Shown: positions 38,043 through 47,131 of the stretch, one piece after another
Numbering within the stretch: position 1 is the stretch's first letter
Layout of the letters: each line of letters opens with the position of its first letter
Source: Candidatus Binataceae bacterium
Lineage (GTDB): Bacteria; Desulfobacterota; Binatia; Binatales; Binataceae
Assembly: GCA_035534935.1 (NCBI GenBank)
Contig: DATLRA010000047.1
Span: forward strand, 478-64,477
DNA length: 64,000 nt
Direction: 5' to 3'
Position numbers and translations under genes: made by a program
The notes under the pieces: generated by a model
Told to the model about the DNA's origin: nothing
Seen by the model: only the letters and a program-made list of their open reading frames with translations
The model's database searches: none

Positions 38043-38993
38043 ATGGATTTTTTCCTCGCAACCGGGGTCTTCGCCCTGGTCTTCATCGGCTTTCTCGTCG
38101 TGCTGACGACGCGCGGTGGTGAGGTCGACCAGAAGCAGAACCTGCTGCGCCGGATGGCGCGGCCGGAAGACGACCTGGATATCGACATCACGCGCAAGAC
38201 CCGCGTGCGTGAGCAGGGCCAGTTGCTCGCGGTGCTCTGGAAGCTCAACCTGCTGCGCAATCTCGAAGAGAACATGTGGCAGGCCGGAATCTATATGCGG
38301 GTCTCGGAGATGCTGCTGGTGATCGTGCTGATGTTCCTGGCTGGACTCTTTCTCGGCCAGGCGATATGGCACGACTCGCTATTCGCGGCGGTGGCCGGCG
38401 TCGGCTTCGCTTTCCTGCCGATCATCTATATCCGCTTTCGCCGCGTGCGGCGGATGAAGGCTTTTGGACAACAGTTGCCCTTCGCGCTCGATCTGATGAA
38501 ATCGTCGCTCGAAGCGGGCCATTCGCTCAATCGCGGGATGCAGGTGGTGGTGCAGGAATTCGCCGATCCGCTGGGCAGCGAATTCCGCACCGTGCTCGAG
38601 CAGACTCGTATCGGACTGCCGCTGCCGCGCGCGCTCGAGGACATGCTCAAGCGCGTCCCCGAAGACGACTTGCGGCTGCTGGTGATCGCGGTCAAGGTGC
38701 AGAATGACGTCGGTTCAAGCCTGGCGAAAATTATCGGACGGCTCGCCGAAATCGTCCGTACGCGCCAGCGCCTGCGCTTGCAGATCCGCGCCCTCACGGC
38801 CCAGTCGCGGATGGGCGGCTCGATCGTGGCCCTGCTGCCGATTATCGTGCTCGGTGCTTTCAGCCTGGTTCAGCCCGGCTATGCGGGGGTTCTGTTTTAC
38901 GATCCGACAGGACTTAAAATTCTCAAAGCCGCAATCGTAATGGACCTGCTGGCATTCATCACGATTCGCCGGCTGCTCAAGCTCAAGTATTAA
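38043..38993 (+). CDS. tadB: TadB (T2SS-F family inner-membrane platform protein)
   Basis: GspF-like domain, TM topology and position after cpaF. Confidence 0.9.
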   Translation: MDFFLATGVFALVFIGFLVVLTTRGGEVDQKQNLLRRMARPEDDLDIDITRKTRVREQGQLLAVLWKLNLLRNLEENMWQAGIYMRVSEMLLVIVLMFLAGLFLGQAIWHDSLFAAVAGVGFAFLPIIYIRFRRVRRMKAFGQQLPFALDLMKSSLEAGHSLNRGMQVVVQEFADPLGSEFRTVLEQTRIGLPLPRALEDMLKRVPEDDLRLLVIAVKVQNDVGSSLAKIIGRLAEIVRTRQRLRLQIRALTAQSRMGGSIVALLPIIVLGAFSLVQPGYAGVLFYDPTGLKILKAAIVMDLLAFITIRRLLKLKY

Positions 38994-39017
38994 AGGCTTG
39001 CGGGGGGAGTTCGCGCC

Positions 39018-39956
39018 ATGTCATCGACCCTGTTTATCGCCGTTAGCGTCTTCTGCCTGCTCGGCGCCGGCGGGATGGCGATCTACGTCGCACTCTACGG
39101 TAGCCATCGCGTGATCGAGGAGCGGTTTGCCGATCTCGCGATCAAGATGCGCGCGTCGCAGGGCGCGTTCGACGAGGATCAACCGCATGACGAGAGCCTC
39201 GGGCGCATGCTCTTCAAATGGGCCTCGGCCCGCGTGCCGGCGCCTAATCTGGATACTCCCTCGGGAGAGAAACTGAGCGATACGCTCACCCAGGCGGGAT
39301 TTATCGGTAGCGGCGCGGCCCACGTCTTCCAGGTGTTCCGCGTGATGGCGGCGCTCGCCGTGGCGCTGCTGATGGCGTTCGGTGCGATTCTGCTGGGCAA
39401 ACCGATTGGCTCGATAATCCTGTTCGGCATGATCGGGTTGCTGGTCGGAGCCTTTATCCCGACCTACTATTTGAAACGCCGGGCGCGCACGCGCCAGCTT
39501 GCGATCGCCACGCAGCTCTCGGACGTGCTCGACCTGCTGGTGGTTTGCGTCGAGGCCGGACTTGGCCTGTTCGAGGCGATCAAAGTCGTCGGCACGGAGA
39601 GCGAACGGCAGAAGCAGGAGATCGGGCGCGAGCTCTCGTTGGTCGCGTCGGAAATTTCGGCCGGCGCGTCGCTGGGACAGGCACTGCGCAATCTTGCGGA
39701 TCGCACCGCGGTCGAAGACATCAAGCCGCTCGCCGCGACCCTGATTCAGAGTGAGCAGCTCGGCGCGCAGATCGCGCCCGCCCTGATTGCGAGTTCCGAC
39801 GCATTGCGCACGCGCCGTCGGCTGCGCGCGGAAGAGGCGGCGCAGAAGACCACGATCAAGATCCTGTTTCCGCTCGTGCTGTTCGTCCTGCCCGCGATGC
39901 TCATGGTGATCGTTGGCCCGGCGGTAATCCAGATTATCAAGACGGTTGCGGGGTAA
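39018..39956 (+). CDS. tadC: TadC (T2SS-F family inner-membrane platform protein)
   Basis: A second GspF-like protein (LSDVLDLLVVCVEAGLGLFEAI). Confidence 0.9.
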   Translation: MSSTLFIAVSVFCLLGAGGMAIYVALYGSHRVIEERFADLAIKMRASQGAFDEDQPHDESLGRMLFKWASARVPAPNLDTPSGEKLSDTLTQAGFIGSGAAHVFQVFRVMAALAVALLMAFGAILLGKPIGSIILFGMIGLLVGAFIPTYYLKRRARTRQLAIATQLSDVLDLLVVCVEAGLGLFEAIKVVGTESERQKQEIGRELSLVASEISAGASLGQALRNLADRTAVEDIKPLAATLIQSEQLGAQIAPALIASSDALRTRRRLRAEEAAQKTTIKILFPLVLFVLPAMLMVIVGPAVIQIIKTVAG

Positions 39957-39980
39957 GCGTCAACCGGCTCGAAGCTGGCG

Positions 39981-40018
39981 GCGGCGCGGATCGAGAGGTC
40001 CGCGCCGCTTTTTATTTT
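39981..40018 (+). terminator. strong intrinsic terminator closing the tad operon
   Basis: Perfect 10-bp GC stem GCGGCGCGGA/TCCGCGCCGC with an 8-nt loop, followed by TTTTTATTTT. Confidence 0.8.
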
Positions 40019-40121
40019 CCCGCCGCATCGCCGCCGGGCAACGTCGCGCGCGTTGCGGTGCGATCTTGCACAACGCCGCGCGGCGCCCGCCGCATCGGAT
40101 CAATTCATCGTGGATGAAAGA

Positions 40122-40197
40122 TGGCTCCCCGGGCCGGATTCGAACCAGCGACTTGACGGTTAACAGCCGTCCGCTCTACCGACTGAGCTACCGGGGA
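40122..40197 (-). tRNA. tRNA-Asn (anticodon GTT), CCA encoded
   Basis: Hand-folded cloverleaf: acceptor UCCCCGG/CCGGGGA, D arm GCUC/GAGC, anticodon arm GACGG-CUGUUAA-CCGUC, T arm GCUGG-UUCGAAU-CCGGC, 76 nt in total. Confidence 0.9.
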
Positions 40198-40264
40198 GCA
40201 GGAGAGAACTTGAACCCCTATTTGGTATTCGCCTTGGGCTCAAGAATCAAGATCACGCCGCCGG

Positions 40265-40543
40265 TCATCGCGCGCGGCCGGCGGCGCCGGCCGGCGGTTC
40301 GGCCTCACCGGCCATCGCGATCGCGTAGCGCACTATCGCGGTCAGCCGCTCGACGCGCGCGAGCAGTTCGTCGTGATCGGCGAATGCGGCGTCGCGCAAT
40401 TCGGCGGCGCTAGCGGCAAGATTGTCTTGCAGGATTTCGATCGCGCGGGCCAGGCTGCTGCGCTCCGCAGCCTGATCGCGGGTGCGGCGCGCCGCGCGCC
40501 GGCGCTCGAACTGGAACTCGTGCAACTGGATAACTTCGCCCAT
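40265..40543 (-). CDS. small hypothetical protein
   Basis: ORF only. Its helical, Ala/Arg/Glu-rich composition is not obviously spurious. No recognisable family. Confidence 0.35.
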   Translation of the reverse strand: MGEVIQLHEFQFERRRAARRTRDQAAERSSLARAIEILQDNLAASAAELRDAAFADHDELLARVERLTAIVRYAIAMAGEAEPPAGAAGRAR

Positions 40544-40675
40544 CGGATCCTCGCCGCGCACCGTGCGGCGCGTACTCGACACTCGATTATGGCGCGGCGC
40601 GGCCGGCACGGCCAGTGGCCGGATCGTCACGATCGCGCATTGCTGGGCCGCGACCGTCGGGGCACCTTGCGCGCG

Positions 40676-41440
40676 TCAGCGCAGCTTGCGGCCGGCGGCG
40701 CGCTTGGCCGCGAGCGTGGCGTGACCGCCCTCGGCGAACCAGCGGATTTGGCGCGCCAGGCCGTTGAGGATTTCCAGTTCGCGCGGATGCAGCCCGGCGC
40801 GGCCCATCAGCGCGCGCAGCGTATGCATGATGTGGCCGGGGTTGTCGGCGGGCAAAAACCCGATCTCGACCAGGGCCTCGGCGAGCCGCGATTGCATCGC
40901 CTCGACCGCCGCCGCATCGGCTAATTCCGCGGCCGGCGCCGGCGCGCTCGCGCCGGCCGTCATCGCCAACTCGTACGCGGTGACCATCACCGCCTGCGCG
41001 AGATTGAGCGACGGGTAGGCGGCCGCGGCGGGAATCGTGATGAGCCGCTGGCATTGCGCGACTTCATGATTGCGCAGGCCGAAATCCTCGGGCCCGAAGA
41101 CCAGCGCGACGCGGTTGGCGCTGGCGGCCGCGATCAAGTCCGGGGCGGCGGCGCGCAGCGGGCGGGCCGCCGCCCGGTACGGGTCGAGGCGGCTGGTGGT
41201 GCCGACGGTGAGGGTGCGATCGGCGAGCGCCGCGCCGAGGTCGCCAAAGATCGCGGCGCGGCCGAGCAGGTCGTCCGCATGCACCGCCATCGCGGCGGCG
41301 GCGCGTGGGTCGTAGTCGCGCGGCGCGACCAGGCGCAAATCGGCGAAGCCCATGTTCTTGAGCGCGCGTGCGGCCGCGCCGACGTTGCCGGAGGCTTTGG
41401 GCGAGACGAGCACAAACGCGAAGTTGTCGAGCGGGGTCAT
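40676..41440 (-). CDS. SpoU/TrmH-family RNA 2'-O-methyltransferase (TrmJ-like)
   Basis: FVLVSPKASGNVGAAARALKNMGF...LVFGPEDFGL...IP....SLNLAQAV motifs. Confidence 0.8.
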   Translation of the reverse strand: MTPLDNFAFVLVSPKASGNVGAAARALKNMGFADLRLVAPRDYDPRAAAAMAVHADDLLGRAAIFGDLGAALADRTLTVGTTSRLDPYRAAARPLRAAAPDLIAAASANRVALVFGPEDFGLRNHEVAQCQRLITIPAAAAYPSLNLAQAVMVTAYELAMTAGASAPAPAAELADAAAVEAMQSRLAEALVEIGFLPADNPGHIMHTLRALMGRAGLHPRELEILNGLARQIRWFAEGGHATLAAKRAAGRKLR

Positions 41441-41643
41441 CGGCGCCTTCCGTGCGAGAGCCGCGCGCGCCGGGCGCGCACGCCGCTCCAAGCTTAGCGT
41501 GCGCGATGCCGCGCAATCGAGCGTCCGTGGCGGCCGGAGCGTGGTATTTGCGCTGGCGGCCCCGCGCGACCTATAAGCATGCGCGAAGGTGCGCTATCTT
41601 GAGCGGCGGCATCCGGGTCCAGGATCGGCGGGCGGGCAATGCG

Positions 41644-42300
41644 ATGCAGATAGTTTCATTCGGCGACGTACACATGGCGACGCGCAATCTCGCGCGGATG
41701 GACGCGGTGATGCGCGACACCGACGTGGTTATCGTCTCGGGCGATTTGACCAATTTCGGCGGCCCGGACGACGCCGCGAAAGTAATCGACGCGGTGCGCC
41801 GCGCGTGCGGCCGGGTGCTCGCGCTGCCGGGCAACCTTGATCAGCGCGAGGTCACGCCGTGGCTCGAAGCTCAGGGGATCGCGATCCACGGGCGCGGCGT
41901 GGTGATCGAGGGCGTGGCGATCTTCGGCTGCGGCGGATCGAATATCACGCCCTTCAATACTCCGACCGAGCTTACCGAAGACGAGATTTACGCGACGCTG
42001 ATGCGCGGCTACAACGAGGTGCGCGACGTGCGGCCGCTGCTGATGGTTTGCCATACGCCGCCGTTCGCGACCCGCTGCGACCGAATCGCGGGTGGCCGCG
42101 CGGTTGGCAGCACGGCGGCGCGGCGCTTTATCGAAGAGATCAAGCCGGAGGTCTGCCTCTCGGGCCATATCCACGAGTCGGCCGCGGTGGACACGATCGG
42201 TCCGACGACGATCGTCAACGCCGGGCCGTTCAAGGACGGCGGCTATATCATCGTGCATGCGGCGCAGGGCAAGCTCGAGGCGCGCCTGGAGTTTCTTTGA
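41644..42300 (+). CDS. metallophosphoesterase
   Basis: FGDVH, SGDLTNFG, GNLD and CHTPP motifs. Confidence 0.8.
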   Translation: MQIVSFGDVHMATRNLARMDAVMRDTDVVIVSGDLTNFGGPDDAAKVIDAVRRACGRVLALPGNLDQREVTPWLEAQGIAIHGRGVVIEGVAIFGCGGSNITPFNTPTELTEDEIYATLMRGYNEVRDVRPLLMVCHTPPFATRCDRIAGGRAVGSTAARRFIEEIKPEVCLSGHIHESAAVDTIGPTTIVNAGPFKDGGYIIVHAAQGKLEARLEFL

Positions 42301-42523
42301 CGTGCCGCGGAGGTCGCGCATGGCGCAGTCGATCGGCGTCTATGCGGGCAAGCTGATCAACGGTTGGCCGCTGGTGATGCGCAGTATCGGTCCGCTGCTC
42401 AGGCGCTTCGTGCTGGAACGGATCGGGCCGGGGCGCGGCGACCGGCACTGAGGGGCGGCGACCGGTTGCGCACGAGCGCGGGCGATTCGATTGGACGGAA
42501 GCGAACTGGTGGAGCGGTAGCGC

Positions 42524-43444
42524 TTGGATGAAGCGGGAGCAAATCGACAGATGAGTCCGGTGGACGGCGTGCGCATGCGCTTCGATCACGTCTCGATCGC
42601 GGTCGCGTCGATCGAGCGCGGCGTGGCATTCTTCGAGCGCTACTTCCCGACCCGTCCGCGCCACGCCAGGGAGCTGAGCGAGCAGGCCCAGGGCGGCTTC
42701 CAGTGGCAGGATATTTACCTTGGCGGCACGGCGCTTGAATTTATCGAGGAGTTGCCCGGCCGCGAGGGCTTTATCGCGCGGTTTATCGCGCGCCACGGGG
42801 AGGGGCTGCATCATCTGTCATACGAGGTCGATCGGATCGATCCGATGATCGCGGCGCTCAAGGCCGACGGCGTGCGCGTGGCCGACGAGCATACTTTTCC
42901 TGACGGGCAGAAGACCTGCTTCATATCGCCGCGCGCCGCCTTTGGCGTGCTGATCCAGTTGTGGCAACCGATCGATTACGACGCGCCCGCGCCGCGGCCC
43001 GCCGACGACGGCCGCGCGCGCTTCGACCACGTGGCGATCGCGGTGCGCGAGATCGGGCCGGCGATGGAATTTTTCCGGCGCTATTTTCCGGCCGAGGTGG
43101 TCAACTATCCGATCCGCAGCTCGTCGCAGGGCAACTTCGTGCTCGCGCATCTGGACGTGGCCGGCTTCAAGCTGGAATTTCTGCAGAGCCCGGGGCCCAA
43201 TATCGAGGACGACTTCGTGCGGCGCTTTGTTGACCGCTACGGCGAGGGGATGCATCACGTGACGATCGATGTGCGCGACTTCGAGGCGATTGCCGGCCGG
43301 CTCAAGGCCGACGGCGTGCGGCTGGTCGGGCTCGACACCAACTGGCGCGGCGAGCGCCAGTTCTTTATTTCACCGCAATCCGCGATGGGCACGCTGGTGC
43401 AGGTCTGGGACGGCCTGGGCGGTCCCGCGGCGGGCAGCGAGTAG
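42524..43444 (+). CDS. tandem VOC (glyoxalase/epimerase-fold) domain protein
   Basis: Two FDHV(S/A)IAV...G.HH(L/V) modules. Confidence 0.7.
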   Translation: MDEAGANRQMSPVDGVRMRFDHVSIAVASIERGVAFFERYFPTRPRHARELSEQAQGGFQWQDIYLGGTALEFIEELPGREGFIARFIARHGEGLHHLSYEVDRIDPMIAALKADGVRVADEHTFPDGQKTCFISPRAAFGVLIQLWQPIDYDAPAPRPADDGRARFDHVAIAVREIGPAMEFFRRYFPAEVVNYPIRSSSQGNFVLAHLDVAGFKLEFLQSPGPNIEDDFVRRFVDRYGEGMHHVTIDVRDFEAIAGRLKADGVRLVGLDTNWRGERQFFISPQSAMGTLVQVWDGLGGPAAGSE

Positions 43445-43454
43445 GGCGCGCGCG

Positions 43455-44177
43455 ATGTTGCGAGCAGTCTTCTTCGATGCGGCGGGCACGCTGTTCGATC
43501 CGCGCGAGCCGATCGGCGAGAGCTACGCGCGGGTGGCGCGCGGCTTTGGCGTCGAGACCAGCGCGGGGGCGGTCAGCGCGGCCTTTCGGCGGGCCTTCAA
43601 CGAGACGCCGGGGCTGGCCTTCGGTCCCGGCTATCGCGGCGCCGAATTGCGCCGGATGGAGCGCGAATGGTGGCGCGGCGTGGTCCGCGCGAGTTTCGCT
43701 GGGCTGGGTGAGTTCACCGACTTCGACGCCTACTTTGAGGCGCTTTTCGATTATTTCGCCGATCCCGCCAACTGGCAGGCCGACCCCGAGGCCGCGCCGA
43801 CGCTGGCCCGGCTCAAGCAGGCCGGCTACGCGCTGGGCGTCATCTCGAATTTCGACTACCGGGTGCGCGGGATACTCGACGGCCTCGCGCTCGGTCCATA
43901 CTTCGACAGCGTGACGATCTCGTCGGAGGCCGGATGGGCCAAGCCGGCGCGGGAGATTTTTCGTGCGGCGCTTGAGCGCCAGGGCGTCGCGGCGGGCGAG
44001 GCGCTGCACGTCGGCGACTCGATCCATCTGGATATCGCGGGGGCCGAAGCGGCCGGAATCGCGGCGATTCTGATCGATCGCGAAGCGCCGGCGCGGCTCA
44101 CGATCCGCGGGCGCACGGCCCACGCCGCGGCGCTCGGCGCGGTGGTCGAGGCGGCGCGCGAAATCCCGTTCCCTTGA
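43455..44177 (+). CDS. HAD-superfamily hydrolase
   Basis: VFFDAAGTLF, ISNFD and HVGDS motifs. Confidence 0.8.
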   Translation: MLRAVFFDAAGTLFDPREPIGESYARVARGFGVETSAGAVSAAFRRAFNETPGLAFGPGYRGAELRRMEREWWRGVVRASFAGLGEFTDFDAYFEALFDYFADPANWQADPEAAPTLARLKQAGYALGVISNFDYRVRGILDGLALGPYFDSVTISSEAGWAKPAREIFRAALERQGVAAGEALHVGDSIHLDIAGAEAAGIAAILIDREAPARLTIRGRTAHAAALGAVVEAAREIPFP

Positions 44178-44267
44178 CCGCGGATGGTCGGTTATCCTTA
44201 ACTGGCGGCGCTTTCGGGGCATGGCGCCGGGCGAAATTCCGCGGCTTGCGAACAGGGGCAACCGTTT

Positions 44268-46688
44268 GTGTCAATTAGGCCAGTGAGGGAACTGCGCCGG
44301 TCGGCGCTCGTGATCGTGATGGCGGTGGCGGCGTTCGTGGCGTTTGGGGTCCGCGCGTCGGCGCAGAGCCTGGGCGAATTGAACCGGCGGCTCGAGTCGA
44401 TCGAGCCGCAGGTCGCCGCCGGGATGACCGATCCGGCGGCGGCCAGCGCGGCGATTAGCCAGCTCGACGAGGCCGAGTCCGACTTCGCGCGGATCGCCGA
44501 CGGCGCGCGATCGACCAGCGCCCTGCTCGGCACCTACGACCGCCTGGAGGATCTGCTCAACCGGATGTACACGACTTACCAGGCGCGCAAAGACGCCTGC
44601 ATCCAGAAGCTCGACAGCGGTGGGACCTGCGATTACGACCAGCCCGAACAGCTCGCGCTGCGCGCGCTCTACCCGCTGTCGTGGCTGCGCTTCACCGGCG
44701 CGGGACTCTACGGCGACGAGCCGGGCACGGCGCGCCGCCTGCTCAACGAAGCGATCGACGGCTTCACCAACAGCACCCTGATCATTATCAATCCGGAGCT
44801 GGTGCGCGAGAACATGCTCGGCCGCGCCTTTGCCGAGCGCGAGCTGGGCAAGTACGAGCATGGCGAATACGCGCAGGCGGTGGCCGACTTCAAGCGCATC
44901 ATGGAGGCCGGTCCCGACACGCGGCAATATCGCGCGGCGGAACAGGGGCTCGCCACGACGTACGCCGCGATGGGCAAGATCGATCAGGCGCAGGGGCTCT
45001 CGGCGCGGCTGTCCAACGGCGCGACCGGCGCGCAGAAGTCGGGGCTCGAGATGCTCCATCTGCGCGAGATGTTCCGGCAGGAGGCGGCTGCGAGCGACCC
45101 GGCCAAGCGCGCCGCGATGCATCGGGCGATCGTCGCGTACGCCCGCGACCGCCAGAACAACCGCGACGACTGGGCGATCGTGGTGGCGACGGCGGGCGAC
45201 ACGCTGCACGATCCGATCGCCGAGTTCGGCAATTCCAGCGACCCCTTCGAGAACTGGCTGCTGGCCAACGTGCTCTACTACAAGCATGAAATTCTGCCGG
45301 CGGCCAACGCCTATTTCGCGGCGGCGCGCAGCGGCGCCTATCCCAAGGCGTGGAAGTATGCGGCGGATCTTTTCTATCTGAACGGGCGCCTCGATATGGT
45401 CGAGCAGGTGGCGCACGCGATCGTCCGGCAGCCGTCGAATCCCGACGCGCAATGGGCGTCGTACATGCTCTATAAAATCCCGCGCCTGGAATGGGAGCGC
45501 GGCGGGATGCGCAGCGACGAACTCGAAAGCCGCTGGGCCGCCGCGGCCAACGACTACCTCAACAGCTATCCGCACGGCCAGTACGCCTTCGAGCCGCGCT
45601 TTCGGCTGGCCGAGATGTACCAGCGCAAGGGCGAGTACGCGCAGGCGGCGGCCCAATACGAACAGGTTGGCGGTAATTCCAACTACGCGTTTACGGCGCG
45701 CTACAACGCCGCCGAATGCTACTATCGCGCGATCACGCCGGCGGCGGAGGCCGGCGGCAAGGCGCCGGCTGCGCAGAACAGCGCCGTGCGCGAGGCCTTG
45801 AAGCAAAAGGCGATCGCCGCCCTCAACGACGCTATCCGCATGGAGCCCGGCGCCGAGCGCACCGCGCCGCAGTCCCAGCGCAAGGCGCTGCGCGACAGCC
45901 GCGGGCGCGCGATCTTCATGCTCGTGACGCTGCTCGAGCATGAACCGGCCGTCGACTATCGGACCATCGCGACGCTGCTCGAGAACTACGAGGCGCAGTA
46001 TCCGGCGATGAGCGCGAAGTTCGACGAAATCTTCCAATGGCGGCTGGTCGCGCTCAACCGCACCGGACAGTACCAGGCGCTGGCCGCCACGGTCGCCACG
46101 CTGGTCGCGCATGACGCCGCCAATCCGGCCCGCAACGATTACATCAAGGGCGTCGGGTTGGAGTTCTGGAAGAGCGCGCAGGCCCGGCAGGCGGCCGGCG
46201 ACCAGACCGGCTACCTGGCCGAGGCGCGGCTGACCGCGACGACCTATGAATACTTCGCGCGGCAGGCCGCCGAGGGCAAGATTCCGGTCAAGAACCTGAC
46301 CGGTACGCTGTCGCTTCTGGGCCAGGCCTACCTGGCGCTGGGCGAGACCGATCGCGCCGCCGCGACATTCACCCAGGTCGCGGCCGCCGACCCGGGATCG
46401 CCCGACGCCAACGCCGGCCTCGCGCGTATTGCGCAGATGCATAAGGACTACAAGGATGCGCTCGACCGCTGGAGCCGCGTCGAATCGCTCGCGGCGGAAT
46501 CCGACAGCCTGTTCTACGAATCCAAGTACAACATGGCCGAGATTTTCGCCGAGCAGGGCAACGTTGCCAGCGCCTGCGACAAGCTGGCCGTCACCCGCAG
46601 CGAGCATCCCAACCTGGGTTCGCCCGGGATGAAAGAACAATGGGGCACCTTGCAGCGCAAACTCTGCCCCAAGCATACGGAAGGCTGA
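44268..46688 (+). CDS. large secreted TPR-repeat protein
   Basis: Signal peptide (AFVAFGVRASAQS) and repeated A..Y..A/G..Y..A helical-pair patterns. The full-length antisense ORF is judged spurious. Confidence 0.7.
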   Translation: MSIRPVRELRRSALVIVMAVAAFVAFGVRASAQSLGELNRRLESIEPQVAAGMTDPAAASAAISQLDEAESDFARIADGARSTSALLGTYDRLEDLLNRMYTTYQARKDACIQKLDSGGTCDYDQPEQLALRALYPLSWLRFTGAGLYGDEPGTARRLLNEAIDGFTNSTLIIINPELVRENMLGRAFAERELGKYEHGEYAQAVADFKRIMEAGPDTRQYRAAEQGLATTYAAMGKIDQAQGLSARLSNGATGAQKSGLEMLHLREMFRQEAAASDPAKRAAMHRAIVAYARDRQNNRDDWAIVVATAGDTLHDPIAEFGNSSDPFENWLLANVLYYKHEILPAANAYFAAARSGAYPKAWKYAADLFYLNGRLDMVEQVAHAIVRQPSNPDAQWASYMLYKIPRLEWERGGMRSDELESRWAAAANDYLNSYPHGQYAFEPRFRLAEMYQRKGEYAQAAAQYEQVGGNSNYAFTARYNAAECYYRAITPAAEAGGKAPAAQNSAVREALKQKAIAALNDAIRMEPGAERTAPQSQRKALRDSRGRAIFMLVTLLEHEPAVDYRTIATLLENYEAQYPAMSAKFDEIFQWRLVALNRTGQYQALAATVATLVAHDAANPARNDYIKGVGLEFWKSAQARQAAGDQTGYLAEARLTATTYEYFARQAAEGKIPVKNLTGTLSLLGQAYLALGETDRAAATFTQVAAADPGSPDANAGLARIAQMHKDYKDALDRWSRVESLAAESDSLFYESKYNMAEIFAEQGNVASACDKLAVTRSEHPNLGSPGMKEQWGTLQRKLCPKHTEG

Positions 46689-46690
46689 CG

Positions 46691-47095
46691 ATGCTCAAGA
46701 AGATCCATCATGTGGGCGTAGTGGTGCCCGACCTCGAGCGGGCGCTCGCGCTATGGCAGGGCGTGCTCGGCATGCATCTGACGAAGTGCGCGACGATTCT
46801 CGATCAGGGGGTGAAGGCGGCGCTGCTCAAGGTTGGCGAGAGCGAAATCGAACTGCTCGAACCGCTCAGCCCGGATAACGGGGTGGGTAAATTCCTGGCG
46901 CGGCGCGGCGGCGGATTGCATCACGTATGCTTCGCGACCGAAGACGTCGAGCGCGAGCTGGCCGGCGCCAAGGCCAAGGGTATCCAGCTCATCGATCAGA
47001 AGCCGCGGCCGGGGCTGGCCGGAATGATCTGCTTTCTCCATCCCAAGGCGACGCGCGGCGTGCTGGTCGAATACGCGCAGCCCTTCGAGGACTAG
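46691..47095 (+). CDS. mce: methylmalonyl-CoA epimerase (VOC family)
   Basis: IHHVGVVVPDLE...ELLEPL...GGLHHVCF...FLHPK pattern. Confidence 0.85.
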   Translation: MLKKIHHVGVVVPDLERALALWQGVLGMHLTKCATILDQGVKAALLKVGESEIELLEPLSPDNGVGKFLARRGGGLHHVCFATEDVERELAGAKAKGIQLIDQKPRPGLAGMICFLHPKATRGVLVEYAQPFED

Positions 47096-47131
47096 CGCCG
47101 GCGCGTGCGCCGCCGCCCGGTGCGGGCGCGC

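Noticed and set aside
44271-46676. An 801-aa ORF on the minus strand, almost exactly antisense to the 806-aa TPR gene.
   Set aside because: Its product is Arg/Gly/Ala/Pro-rich low complexity with no motif. The plus-strand product has a signal peptide and TPR periodicity. Long antisense ORFs are expected in DNA with high GC3 and few stop codons.
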